Source: the human T2T-CHM13v2.0 reference genome, Homo sapiens. Taken from it: 64,000 bases of DNA. The translations under genes and the position numbers were made by a program. Positions 1 through 16,900 of this stretch are shown here, in pieces (position 1 is the stretch's first letter; each line of letters begins with the position of its first letter). The DNA lies in assembly GCA_009914755.4 (NCBI GenBank), contig CP068257.2, positions 27,200,001 to 27,264,000 on the forward strand. The letters are read 5' to 3'. The notes below the pieces were generated by a model. The model was not told where the DNA came from. It worked only from the letters and a program-made list of their open reading frames with translations, and did not search any database.

Positions 1-1436
1 AAAAGGCATTTCATGCAAATGGAAACCAAAAGTAAGCAGGTGTAAATATTCTTACATCAGACAAAACAAACTTTAAAGTAACAGCAGTTAAAAGAGACAA
101 AGAGAAACATTATATAATGGTAAAAGGCCTTGTCCAACAGGAAAATATCACAATCCTAAACCCTAAATACCACAATCATAAATCTGAAAATATATGCACC
201 TAACACTGGAGCTCTGAAATTTATAAAACAATTACTAATAGACCTAAGAAATGAGATAGACAGCAACACAATAATAGTGGGGGACGTCAGCATTCCACTG
301 ACAGCACTAGACAGCTCATTAAGACAGAAAGTCAACAAAGAAACAATGGATTTAAACTATACTTTGGAACAAATGGACTTAACAGATATATACGGAACAG
401 TTCATCCAACAACTGCAGAATACACATTCTATTCAACAACACATAGAACTTTCTCCAAGACAGACCATATAATAGGTCATAAAATGAGCCTTAATAAATT
501 TAAGAAAATTAAAATTATATCAAGCACTCTCTCAGACAACACTGGAATAAAACTGGAAATCAACTCCAAAAGGAATCTTCAAAGCCAGCAAACACATGGA
601 AATTAAATAGCCTGCTCCTTAATGAGCAATGGGTCAAAAATGATATTAAGATGGAAATTTAAAAATTCTTTGAACTGAATGACAATAATGATACCACTTA
701 TCAAAACCTCTGGGATACAGCAAAGGCAGTGCTGAGTGGAAAGTTCACATCCCTAAACACGTACATCAAAAAGACTGAAAGAGCACAAACTGACACTCTA
801 AGGTCACACCTAAAGAAACTAGAGAAACAGAACAAACCAAACTCAAACCCAGCAAAGAAAGGAAATAACCAAGATCAGAGCAGAACTAAAGGAAACTGAA
901 ACAAAAAAAATACAAAAGATAAATGAACAAAAAGCTGGCTCTTTGAAAAGATAAATAAAATTGATAGACTATTAGCAAGATTAACCAAGAAAAGAAGAAA
1001 GAAAATCCAAATAACCTCACTAAGAAATAAAACAGGAGATATTACAACTGACATCACTGAAATATAAAAGATAGTTCAAGGCCACTATGAACACCTTTAC
1101 ACACATAAACTAGAAAACCCAGAATAGATGCATACATTTCTGGAAAAACAAAACCCTCCTAGCTTAAATTAGGAAGAATTAGATACCCTGAACAAAACAA
1201 TAACAAGCAGCGAGATTGAAATGGCAATTTTAAAACTGCCAACAAAAAAATAGCCCAGGACCTGACAGATTCACAGCAGAATTCTACCAGACATTTAAAG
1301 AAAAATTGGTACCAATCCTTTTGACACTATTTCACAAGATAAAGAAAGAAGGAACCATCCCTAATTTGTTCTATAAAGGCAGCATTACCCTAATGCCAAA
1401 ACCAGGAAAGGACATAACCAAAAAAGAAAACTACAG

Positions 1437-1836
<400 letters not shown>

Positions 1837-1839
1837 CTA

Positions 1840-2226
<387 letters not shown>

Positions 2227-4157
2227 TCAGGGATGGTTTAACATATGTGAGTCAATAAATGTGATACAACAGATAAACAGAATTAAAAACGAAAATCACA
2301 TGATCATTTCAATAGATGCAGAAAAAGCATTCAACAACATCTAGCATCCCTTTATAGTTAAAACTCTCAACAAAATCAGCATACAAGGGACATACCTTAA
2401 TGTAATAAAAGCCATCTACAACAAACTCACAGCCAACTTAATACTGAATGGTAAAAGTTGAAAGCATTCCCTCTGAGAACAGGAACAAGGCAAGGATGCC
2501 CACTCTCACCACTCCTCTTCAACATAGTACTGGATGTCCTGACCAGAGCCATCAGACAAGAGAAAGAAATAAAGCGCATTCAAATCAGTAAAGAGGAAGT
2601 CAAACTGTCACTGATTGCTAACAATATGATTGATTACCTTGAAAACCCTAAGGACTCCTCCAGAAAGCTCCTAGAACTGATAAAAGAATTCAGCAAAGTT
2701 TCCAGATACAAGATTAATGTACACAAATCAGTGGCTCTTCCATACACCAAGAGCAACCAAGCAGACAATCAAATCAAGAACACAACCCCTTTTACAATAG
2801 CTGCAAAAATAAAATACTTAGGAATATACTAACAAAGGAGTCAAAAGACCTCTACAAGGAAAACTATAAAACACTGCTGAAAGAAATCATAGACAACATC
2901 AACAAATGGAAACATATCCCATGCTCATGGATAGGCAGAATCAATATTGTGAAAATGACCATACTGCCAAGAGCAATCTACAAATTCAATGCAATCCCCA
3001 TCAAAATACCACCACCATTCTTCACAGAATTAGAAAAACAATTCCAAAATTCATACAGAACGAAAAAAGAGCCTGCAGAGCCAAAGCAAGACCAAGCAAA
3101 AAGAACAAATCTGGAGGCATCACACTATCTGATTTCAAACTATACTATAAGGCCATAGTTACCAAAACAACATGGTACTGGCACAAAAATAGGCACAAAG
3201 ACCAATGGAACAGAAGAGAGAACCCAGAAATAAACCCAGATACTTACAGCCAAATGATCTTTGACAAAGTAAACAAAAACATAAAGTGGGGAAACGACAT
3301 TCTTTCAACAAATGGTGCTGGGATAATTGCCTAGCCACATGTAGGAGAATTAAACTGGATCCTCATCTCTCACCTTATGCAAAATCAACTTAAGTTGGAT
3401 TAAGTCCTTAAACCTAAGACCTGAAACTATAAAAATTCTAGAAGATAACATTGGAAAAACCCTTCTAGACATTGGCTTAGGCAAGGATTTCATAACCAAG
3501 AACCCAAAAGCAAATGCAATAAAAACAAACATAAATAGCTGGGACCTAATTAAACTAAAGAGCTTTTGCATTGCAAACGGAACAGTCAGCAGAGTAAGCA
3601 GACAACTCACAAGTGGGAGAAAATCTTCACAATCGATACATCTGACAAAGGACTAATATCCAGAATCTACAATGAACTCAAATCACTAAGAAAAACAATC
3701 TTATCAAAAAGTGGGATAAAGACATGAATAGACAATTCTCAAAAGAAGATACACAAATGGCCAACAAACGTGAAAAATGCTCAACATTAATGATCAGGGA
3801 AATGCAAATCAAAACCACAACGCAATACTACCTCACTCCTGCAAGAATGGCCATAATCAAAAAATCAAAAACAGTAGATACTAGAATGGATGCAGTGAAC
3901 AGGGAACATTTCTACACTGTTGGTGGGAATGTAAACTAGTACAGCTGCTATGGAAAACAGTATGGAGATTCCTTAAGGAACTAAAAGTAGAAATACCATT
4001 TGATCCAGCAATCCCACTACTGAGTATCTACCCAGAGGAAAAGAAGTCATTATTCAAAAAAGACACTTGCACAAGCATGTTTATAGCAGCACAATTTACA
4101 ATTGCAAAATCGTGGAACTAACCCAAATGCCCATCAATCAATGGATGGATAAAGACA

Positions 4158-4645
4158 CTGTGATAGATACATATATATATTATATATATAATATATAAAT
4201 AAATATTATATATTATATATAAATAAATATTATATATAAATAAATATTATATATTATATATTATATATATTATATATTATATAATAAATATTATATATAA
4301 TATATAATATATAATTTATATAATTATAATTTATATATAATATATAATATATAAATATATATTATAATATATATATTATATAATATATTATATATATTAT
4401 ATATTATATATATTTATATATATAATATATTATATATAATATATATTATATATTATATATAATATATATTATATATTATATATAATATATAATATATATT
4501 ATATATAAATATATATTATATATATAAATATTATATATTATATAAAATATTATATATAATATATAAAATATTATATATATAATATATATATTATATATAT
4601 AAAATATATATATTATATATAAAATATTATATATAATATATATGA
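4158..4645. repeat. Long AT-rich compound microsatellite, (TA)n / (ATATTATAT)n-like, ~480 bp, inside the L1 3' region
   Basis: Almost pure A/T with irregular TATA/ATATTAT periodicity. Confidence 0.9.
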
Positions 4646-5010
4646 TGGAATACTACATAGCCATAAAAATGAATGAATTAACAGCATCTGCAGTGACCTG
4701 GATGAGACTGGAGACTGTTATTCTAAGTGAAGTAACTCAGGAATTGAAAATCAAGCATCGTATGTTCTCACTGATATGTGGGAGCTAAGCTATGAGGACA
4801 CAAAGGCATAAGAATTATACGATGGACTTTAGGGAGTTGCGGGGAAGAGTGGGAGGGGATGAGGGATAAATAACTACAAATATGGTGCAGTGTATACTGC
4901 TCAGGTGCACCAAAATCTCACAAAATCACCACTAAAGAACTTACTCATGTAACCAAATACCACCTGTACCCCAATAATTTATGGAAAAATAAAAAATAAA
5001 AACAAAAACC
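4646..5010 (+). mobile_element. L1 3' end (ORF2 C-terminus and 3'UTR); continuation of the L1 at 1-4155
   Basis: atgatggaatactacatagccataaaaatgaatgaat...acaaaggcataagaattatac... matches the end of L1 ORF2 (MEYYAAIKNDEF...) and the 3'UTR. Confidence 0.85.
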
Positions 5011-6358
5011 CTTAGACTCCTAGGCTAGGAGAGCCCTGCTGAAAGACAACATTTCACACTTGTCTCAACTAATTGCTGGAGGAATTAGGCACATTCTGTG
5101 CAACTCCACTGGGAGAGACTCTTGGAAGCTTGAGGCTGCTTTCCTTTGGATTTAGTCACATGTGCCTATTCCCTTTGCTGATTTTGCTGTATATCTTTTC
5201 ACTACGATAAACTGTAACTGTAACTATTACAACTTTTGAGTTCTATGAGTCCTTCTAGAAAGTCACTGAACCTGGGGTGGTCTTAGGGATAGATGCCTGA
5301 CACACTATCCCAAAGGATAATTGTGAAGATTAAACAGCAACATGCATATCAAGCACTTGACATAATGGCTAGCCTAAAGTGTTCCATGGGTGTTATTGGC
5401 ATCATTATTATATATTACATTATTTATTCATATAAAATTATATCTTATTATATCACATGTATAACTACATAACTCAGTTTTCTATACACTATTAATAAAA
5501 GATTGAGATAATTCTTTCTTGTCTTATTTTTCCTTAAACATTTACCTCTCTCACCCTTTGTTGATTTAGCTGTATTTCTACTGAACACATGAACTAATAT
5601 CCTAACTTCTCAGACTATCAACAGATGCCATGAAATAATTGGATGCTTGTTAGCAACTGGCCTGATAGTATTTGATTGTGCTTTCTACTGTTCCTTCCTG
5701 ATGACTCGTAGAGGGTAGACCCAGACGATACCTGGAAATTATTTGCTCATGTGGCAGTCACTGTTGATTGCCTACCCAAAGCCATTACTCCTTCTCCCCA
5801 CCTAACAGAAGCCGAGTTTTGTTCAGCAACAACGTGCCCAGTCACAGAGGATAAATCTTGGCTAGTCTAAGCTAGTGCTAGTAGTCGCATTTCCTTTTGC
5901 CAATGATTTATTTCAGGTGATCATGGGACCTCGTTATGAATGATGAGACAAAGGTAGAATATCCCAGTAAGCAACTGGGAAGATTTCCTCCTCTGATTGT
6001 ATACAGAGAATCAGGTAGATATTAGTTAGGAGGGTCCCTTTGCCTAACTTTGGAGATGGATATGTAAAAACCTGCTGCTAAGTGTGCAGTTGTTATCCCA
6101 AGTCTACAATGGGAGATAGCATCAAATTACTGGAGATGGAAGAATGGGAAGATAGACAGTTTGGTCTTGATAAAATTGTTGAACTGTAACTTTGTAACTA
6201 CTTATATTTAGACTTCCTTTAAATAAGAAAAGTAAATGTTCATTTTGTCTAGTCACTATTGGCTGAGTCTTCTCTTACATGAGACTAATAGTATCCTCAT
6301 GAACTTGAAACACATGTGGTTTCAACACGCGTTTTGTAAAGACAAATTATGCACAGCC

Positions 6359-6646
6359 CTGTATTAGTCCATTTTCACACTGCTATAAAGATAGTACCTG
6401 AGACTAGGCAATTTGTAAAGGAAAAAGGTTTACTTGACTCACAGTTCTGCATGGCTGAGGAGGCCTGAGGAAACTTACAATCATGGCAAAGGCGAAGGGG
6501 AAGAAAGGCAATCATGAGAACTCACTTGCTATCCTAGAACAGCATGGGGGAAACAACCCCCATGATCCAATTACCTCCCACGAGGTCCCTCCCTTGACAT
6601 GTGGTGATTACAATTTGGATTACAATCCAAAACCATATTAAGTCCT
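6359..6646 (-). mobile_element. THE1/MST-type MaLR solo LTR
   Basis: + strand reads the reverse complement of the THE1 consensus (gtattagtccattttcacactgctataaaga...cccatgatccaattacctcccac...ccaaaaccatat). Confidence 0.7.
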
Positions 6647-8249
6647 TATCCGGGAATTCTGAAAAGGTAGCACATGTGCAATTCAAACTTAATGATCTTC
6701 TTCCAAAAAAGACATACTCAGTAATAACAAACTTCAATCAGAACCCAATTATTTTTGCAAAGAAAGGTAGGAAGATAGAACCAGAAAATTCTTTAGTCTT
6801 TTAAAGCATGTCATGGTCTCCTTTCAGCTTAAAGACCTTCTTGATTAAACATGAAATTTTCTGTGCAGATAAGCCAGTTCTGTGGATGTGAAGTCTGAGG
6901 AGTATATTTTATGTTTATAATGTGGATATTACTATTCATGGTTGGGAAATGAGAAATGAACAGTATTTTACATGCCATTATCCTTTGCCAATTTCTCTGA
7001 AGGGCATCCAGCTTCACATAGTAGTAAAATGTGTAATTCAGGACTGGGAAGCCGTATAATATGAAATTAGTGTTTTTAAGAAATTTTAAGGGAATCTGAA
7101 TTTTAAAATGCTCAAAAATAAAACATATATTTATATGCACTATTAGAGCACATTATAAGTGTGACTGTTTTTAAGTCAAAGTTTTAATAATCTATTGCTT
7201 ATTTAGGGATTATATAATACCTACTTCCAATATGTGAAGCAATAAGAGAAATGACAAAGGAATTATATATATATACACATTTAAACGTAATACATATACA
7301 CAAATTTCAAGCATATATATCCTCCATAGTGGTCAATTTGGTAAGCTTTAATTGTTTGAATTTCTCATTAGGAATTTTATTAACAGTCAATACCATCTGA
7401 TTTTAAATATCCTCAACAGTGGCTGATGGTCATTCTTTCAAAGCAGAGAAGCTATCCATCTGCTTTTTTCTCCACTCTTCATATTAGCCTAATTCCATAC
7501 TTCTCTCCCTGACCATGCAATCCTATACAGAAATGTGATGTAAGTCTACATATATAAGTATTATTGTTTATTCTACAAAAAGGGATCCTACAATTTCTAT
7601 ATCTTGTCTCCTCAAACTTTTGTGTGGAATACCTTGTGGAAATCACTACAGGTCAATAGGTATAGCACTAATCATTATTTTTAATGACATTTTTGCCACT
7701 ACAAACACATGGCCTTACATGTGAATATCTTTCTATGGAATAGAGTCCAAGAACTGGAATTGCTGGGCCAAGAAGCACACATATATTTTTAAATTTAATA
7801 GATGTTGGCAAATGGCTTTCCCAAAACCTATAACACCTCATATTTTTCCCAGCCATGAGACTAATCCCTTCCCTAAATCACCACCAGTAGTATTTATTAT
7901 AACTCTTCAATTTTTGTCATCTGATTGATGTAAAATTACACTTTCTTTTACTTTAATTTGCATTTTCCTTATTATAACAAACTTGAGAATCCTTCTATAT
8001 ATTTTTTGGACATATGGATTCATAATTCTTTGCCCATTTTTTAATTGGATTGTGTTACTTTTGGCCAAATGTTCAGCTATTTGAAAAAATCAGTTACAAA
8101 TATTTGTTGAAAATTGAATGTCTGTCTATTGTTTTATTTATGATATCCTTTGTGACATCAAGGTTCAAATATGTCTATCTTTTATAGCTTCTGGAAAAGA
8201 TGCTCTCAGTTCATACATTTTTCTACATTCAATTTTCTAGATCTTCTTG

Positions 8250-8900
8250 CAAGGCTTTTACAATTTTATTTTGACCATGTAAGCTTCTTAGCCATCTGGA
8301 ATTTATATTTAAAGGTAGAATAAAATGGTGATCCTCTTTTCTTTTCTTCCAGATGGATAATCAATTGTCCAAACATCATTTATCAAACAATTGATTCATT
8401 TCACACTAAAATGAACTACTACTTTGGAAATATATTAAACTCATCTATACTGGCTTCTATTTCTGCAATTTTTATTCCTTTCCCAACCACATGATTATGA
8501 TGCAGTAGTTTTATTATTTATACTAATATCCAGTAAGACAAGACCTCTCACTATTCCCCCTTTGCATATTTTCTTAGCTATTCTGAAGCATTTATTCTTC
8601 AGTATAAACTTTAACCTTCTTTGGCCAATCATACCTCCAAAGAATGCCAATTCTAATTTTACTGCCTTATGTTTATACACTCACTAGGTGTGTGTATTTA
8701 ATGCTTCTCTTCTTAAGTATTTCTATTCAATGTGATATGCCTTTCCATTTGTTCAAATCTTATTTTCTTTCAGTAAGATTTTCTATTTTTCTTTATGCAG
8801 TTTCTTTTCTTGTTTGATTTATTCCTAAGTATTTTATATTTTTCCAATAATTGTAAGTAGAAATTTTTTTCTCACTTCTATTTCTAAGTATTTTGTTAAC
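8250..8900 (-). mobile_element. Ancient L1 (L1M-like) ORF2 fragment
   Basis: minus ORF 8495-8680 (...FRIAKKICKGGIVRGLVLLDI...) resembles the L1M ORF2 C-terminal region ([27 protein letters not shown]); weak. Confidence 0.35.
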
Positions 8901-8949
8901 ACAGAGATAAACTAATGCTTTTTAAAAATTTATCTTCTATTCATCTCCT

Positions 8950-9830
8950 TACCAAATTCTCTTTTTTTTCTTTAAAGTTTTTATTTTAAGTTCAAGGGGT
9001 ACGTGTGCAGATTTGTTACATGGGTAAATTGTGTGTCATGGGGGTTTCATGTATAGATAATTTTGTCACCCAGATAGTCAGCATAATACCCAATAGGTAG
9101 TTTTAGAATCCAAACCCTCGTCCCACCCTCTGCCCTCAAGTAGGCCCAGTGTTTATTGTTCCCTTCTTTGTGTCCATATGTACTCAGTGTTTAGCTCCCA
9201 CTTATAAGTGAGAATATGTGGTATTTAGTTTTCTGTCCTTACATTAGTTTGCTTCAGAGAATGGCCTCCAGCTCCATCCATGCTGCTGCAAAGAACATAA
9301 TCTTATTCTTTTTTATGGCCGCACAGTATTCCATGGTGTACATGTGCCACATTTTCTTTATCCAGTCTACCACTGATGGGCGTCTAGGTTGATTCCATGT
9401 CTTTGCTATTGTGAAAAGTGCTGCAATGAACATATGCATTCATGTGCCTTTATGGTAGAAATGATTTCTATTCCTTTGGATATATACCCAGTAATGGGAT
9501 TGCTGGGTCAACTGGTGCTTCTGCTTTAAATTCTTTGAGAAATCTCCACATTGCTTTCCACAATAGCTGAACTAATTTACATTCCCACCAGCAATATATA
9601 AGTGTTCCTTTTCTCTGTAACCTTGCCAGCATCTATTGTTTTTTGACTTTTTAACAATAGCCATTCTAACTAGTATCTTGGAATGGTATCTTGTTGGGGT
9701 TTCAATTCGCATCTCCCTAATGATTAGTAATATTGAGTATTTTTTCATATGTTTGTTGGCCACATGTATGTATTCTTTTAAGAAGTGTCCGTTCATGCCC
9801 TTTGTCAATTTTTTTTAACCTTTATTTTAG
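8950..9830 (-). mobile_element. L1 3'-end fragment (ORF2 C-terminus and 3'UTR)
   Basis: minus ORFs MHMFIAALFTIAKTWNQP...; MAIVKKSKNNRCWQ; + strand shows the reverse complement of the L1 3' end (ttaagttcaaggggtacgtgtgcagatttgttacatgggtaa). Confidence 0.85.
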
Positions 9831-11450
9831 GTTCAGGGGTACATGTGCAGATTTGGTATATAGGTAAATTGTGTGTTGCAGGAGTTTGGTATACAGATTA
9901 TTTCATAACCCAGTGATAAGCATAGTATCTGATAGGTAATTTTTCAATCCTTGGCCTCCTCCCACCATCTACCCTCAAGTAAGCTCCAGTGTCTGTTGTT
10001 TCCATCTTTGTGTCCATGTGTACTCAATGTTAGCTCCCACTTATAAGCAAGAGTATGTGGCATTTGTTTTTCTGTTCCTGCATTAGTTCGCTTAGAATAA
10101 TGGCCTCCAACTCCATGCATGTTACTGCAAAGAACATTATCTTGTTCTTTTTTATGGCTGTGTAGTATTCTGTGGTATATATGTACCATATTTTCTTCAT
10201 CAGCTCCACCACTGACTGGCATCTAGGTTGATTCCATGTCTTTGCTATTGTGAATAATGCTGTGATGAATATATGTATGCATGTATTTTTAAGGCTAAAC
10301 AATTTATATTACTTTAGGTATATAACCAGGAATGGGATTGGTATTTCTGTTTAAGTTCTTTGAGAAATCTTCAGACCGCTTTCCACGGTGGCTGAATTAA
10401 TTTATATTCCCACCAGCAATGTATAAGCATTCCCTTTTCTCTGCAACCTCACCAGCATCATTTATTTCTTGACATTTAATAATAGCCATTCTGCCTGATG
10501 CAAGATGGCATGTCATCGTGATTTTGATTTGCATTTCCCTAATGATTAGCAATGTTGAGCATATTTTCATATGCGTTTTGGCCATGGTTACATCTTCTTC
10601 TGAAAAGTGTCTGTTCATGTTCTTTATCCACCTTTTAACAAAGTTATTTGCTTTTTGCTTGTTAATTTAATTTCCTTATAAATTCTGGATATTAGATATT
10701 TTTCAGATGCATAGTTTGCAAATATTTTCTCCTATTCAGTAGGTTGTTTGTTTACTCTGTTAATAGTTTCTTTTGCTGTGCAGAAGCTCTTTCATTTAAT
10801 TATGTCCCATTTATCAATTTTTGTTTTTGTTGCAATTGCTTTTGGCATCTTCATCATGAAGACTTTGCCATGGCCAATGTGCAAAATGCTATTTCCTAGA
10901 TTTTCTTCTAGGATTTTTATAGTTTTAGGTTTTACATTTAAGTCTTTAATCCACCTTGACTTGATTTTTGTGTATGGTAAAAGGTAGGAGTCCAGTTTCA
11001 GTTTTCTGTATGTGGCTAGCCAGTTATCCCAGCACCATTTACAGAAGAGAGAGAGTCTTTCCCCATTGCTTGCTACTGTTGACTTTGTCAAAGACCAGAT
11101 AGTCGTAGATGCGAAACTTTATTTCTGGGTTCTCTAACCTGTTCCATTGGTCTGTCTGTATGCTTTTGTACTAGTACCATGCTGTCTCAGTTACTGTAGC
11201 CTTATAGTACAGTTTGAAGTCAGGTAGTGTGATGCCTCCAGCTTTGTTCTTTTTGCTTAGGATTGCTTTGGCTATTCGAGCTCTTTTTTGGTTCCAAATG
11301 AATTTTAGAACAGTCTTTTCCAATTCTGTGGAAAATGTCATTGACAGTTTGACAGGAATAGCATTCATTCTATAAATTGCTTTCAGTATTATGGCCATTT
11401 TAACAATATTGATTCTTCCTATCCATGAGCATGGAATGTTTTTTCATTTG
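9831..11450 (-). mobile_element. Second L1 3' fragment (ORF2 C-terminal half and 3'UTR), tandem to the previous one
   Basis: minus ORFs [178 protein letters not shown]. Confidence 0.9.
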
Positions 11451-11929
11451 TTCATGTGGTCTCTGATTTCTTTCAGCCATGTTTTGTAATTCTAACTGTA
11501 GAAAATTCTTATTTTTAAATCTAGTAATATTTACTACGGTTTCTTGAATTTTCTAGGCATACAATATTATCAACAAAAAGAGATCATTTGATCTCTTTTT
11601 TGTAAGTTTATATCGGTTTTTTAAATTTTCTTATCTTACTACATTCAGTAGCCCTTCTGAGGTAATGTTAAATAGAATGATAATGAGTGTCCTCCTCTAG
11701 TAACTAATTTAATTAAAATAGTTTTAGCATTTTAAAATTTAAAGAATTTTCTGAATGGCTTTATGTTTTCTAATTTTAATACATTCTCTTTTACTTAGCA
11801 ATGTTATTAGAAACAATTCATTTCTTTCAAACTCCTTTAGGCATCTATTGATAAAACTATAGTTTTCCTTTAATGTGTTGTTATAACAGATTATGTTTAT
11901 AAAATTTCCTAATATTCAACAACTGAAAA

Positions 11930-13905
<1,976 letters not shown>

Positions 13906-16900
13906 TGTGTTAGTCAGGGTTCTCTAGAGGGACAGAACTAATAGGATAGATGTGCATATAAAAGGGAGTTTACTAAGGGGAGTTTATTAACCAGGCCCTT
14001 GTCTTCTCTTCCTCTATCGATTGATTATAGTGAACTCCCCAAGAAGCTATCAGTGCAGGCTGGGGAAGAGAAGGGGAGAGAAGGAAGGGTGGCAGGAGTG
14101 GAGACCATGGGCATTTGAGCCACTTCCTCCTGTAACTTACTTGTGCCCAGATGCATATATACCACTTCCATCTGATAACGGAATGATGCTGTGCACACCC
14201 CACCTATGGCTAGATGGGTCAGAAAACACCCAGTTCTTGATAGGCAGTTCAGGTCGCATGGTGACTTGATGACCCATAATCTAACATTCAGTTTCTACCA
14301 AAGCCCAGTAACAGGCCAAGAACTGTTTCTCAAAAGGAGAGTAGTTATCTGCAGAAGATGGCAGGGCCTTACTCCAAATCCTAGAGGCTGCCACTGTGTT
14401 TCACCTACAGGGGCCTGCCAAAGGCTCCAAACGGCATCCCTATCTGCCACCGACACCTCAAGCACCATTGGATCTGATGGGTCATATGGCCCAAGTGTAA
14501 GAACAGCTTGCACAGCAGCCTGGACCTGTTGCAGAACCTTCTCTTGTTCTGGACCCCACTGAAAAATGGCAGCCTGTCAGGTCACTGGATAAATCGGCCA
14601 GAGTAACACACTTAAATGAGGGATGTGTTGCCTTCAAAATCCAAATAGGCCCACTAGGAGTTGTGCCTTTTTCTTGGTTGTCGGAGGGGCCAAATGCAGC
14701 AACTTATCTTTTACCTTAGAAGGAATATCTCGACAGGCCCCACATCACTGAACCATTAGAAATTTTGCTGAGGTAGAAAGTCCCTAAATTTTAGTTGGAT
14801 TTATTTTCCATCCTCTGGCATGCAAATGTCTCACCAATAAGTCCAGTGTGTTCACTACTTCTCACTCACTGGATCCAATCAGTATAATGTCATCAATGTA
14901 ATAGACCAGTGTTATATCTTATGGAAGGGAAAAGTGATCAAGGTCTCTCCAAATAAGACAATGACACAAAGTCAGAGAGCTAATACACCCTGATGTAGGA
15001 CAGTAAAGGTATACTGCTAGCCTTGCCAGCTGAAGGGAAATTGCTTCTGGTTGGCCTTATGGACAGGAATGGAGAAAAAGTTATTTGCCAAGTACCTGGT
15101 ACATACCAGGTACCAGGAGATGTGTTAATTTGCTCAAGCAATGAAACCACATCTGGTACAGCAGCTGCACTTGTAGTCACCTCTTAGTTAAGCTTACGAT
15201 AATCCACTATCATTGTCCAAGATCCATCTGTCTTCTGTACAGTCCAAACGGGAGAGTTGAAAGGGGATGTGGTGGCGATCACCATCCCTGCATCTTTCAA
15301 GTACTTGATGGTGGCACTAATCTCTGCAATCCCTCCAGGGATGAGATATTGTTTTTGATTTACTATTTTTCTAGGTAGAGGCAGCTCTAATGACTTCCAT
15401 TTGACCTTTTCCACCATAATAGCCCTCACCCTATCAGTCAGGGAGCCAATGTGTGGGTTCTGCCAGCTGCTAAGTATGTCTATGCCAATTATGCATTCTG
15501 GCACCGGGGAAGTGACCACAGGATGAGTCCCGGGACACACTGGACCCACTTTAAGTCAGACCTGGGCTAAAACTTCATTAATTACCTGACCTCCATAAGC
15601 CCCTACTTTAACTGGAGAACGACAATGACATTTTGTGTCCCCTGGAGTCAATGTCAGCTCAGAGCCAGTGTCCAGTAGTCCCTGAAATGTCTGATCATTT
15701 CCATTTCCCCAATCCACAGTTGCCCTGGTAGAAGCTAGAGGTGTCCTTGGGAAATGATTGGAGAAAGAATTAACAGCATAAATTGTCAGTAGTGTAGTGG
15801 GGTCCTTACACAAAAAGACCCGACCTCTCCTTCATTCAAGGGGTTATAGGTCTGTAAACTGGTTCAAGTACTGAAATTGATTGACGGGCCATGATTCCCT
15901 GTATTTGTAATTCAGATTAGTCTTTTGTCTACTCGATCTGAAAGTTCTCTGCTTATATAAATTAAGTAAGAATGCAGTAGGCTTCGTATCAATTTAACTT
16001 CTAGGAACACCATGATTAATTAGCCAATGTCAGAGCTCAACATAAGTCACACTATTCTGATTGCGACTTTGCATCTGCTGTCCATTCTGGTAGCTACACC
16101 CACCTTGCCTTTGATGGTTGAGTGCTGCCACCTGGCCCCTGCCACCTCGGGATCTAATTTTTCCCATTGCATTTAAATTTTGCAGTTGAATGGCTGCAGT
16201 TTCCACTGTTAGATCTGGCATATAGAGAAGAGCAATCACAGAGCTCTTCAAAGATGGCAGGTCCACCCTCACAAATCTATTTCACAAAGTATTGGTCAAG
16301 GATATATCTTCTGGACCCTCCCAGCTGGGATGAGTAAGTCTAAAGTGACTAATCCACTCCAGCATCCCAATCTCCCTAAGCCTTTGGATCCCTTTCTTTA
16401 CATTAAACCAAGGAAGATCAGGCATTTCCAGCTCGCTCACAGTGGGCCATCTTTTAATCCACATTTCAGCTAACCAAGCAAATAAACTATTAGAACCTCT
16501 TTTAACTCCCCAAGCTACAACATTAAATGCAGAGTCCCTGTTTAGTGGGCCCAAATCAATAAATTCAGCCTGATCCAACTATGTTTTTTCCACAATTATC
16601 CCACACCCTTAATGTCCATTCCCATGACTGTTGTTCAGATTTCTGTTTATATAAATTAGAAAACTCAAGCAGTTATTTTCAGGTGTAGCACACCCCCTCA
16701 TGGGTCACACTCTCATCCTCACCTCTAAGGGCCTACTGGGACTTTAGACTAGTTATAGGTCTAGAAGCAAACAGGAGTGTTGGGGGTGGCTCCTAAGGAG
16801 AATCAACATTATCTTGCCTGGAAACTGCCTCAGGGGAGGCCATCACTGTTGCCTCAGGCAATGTAGGGTTTATCTCCTCAGACAAAGGTGGAAAGGCTGA

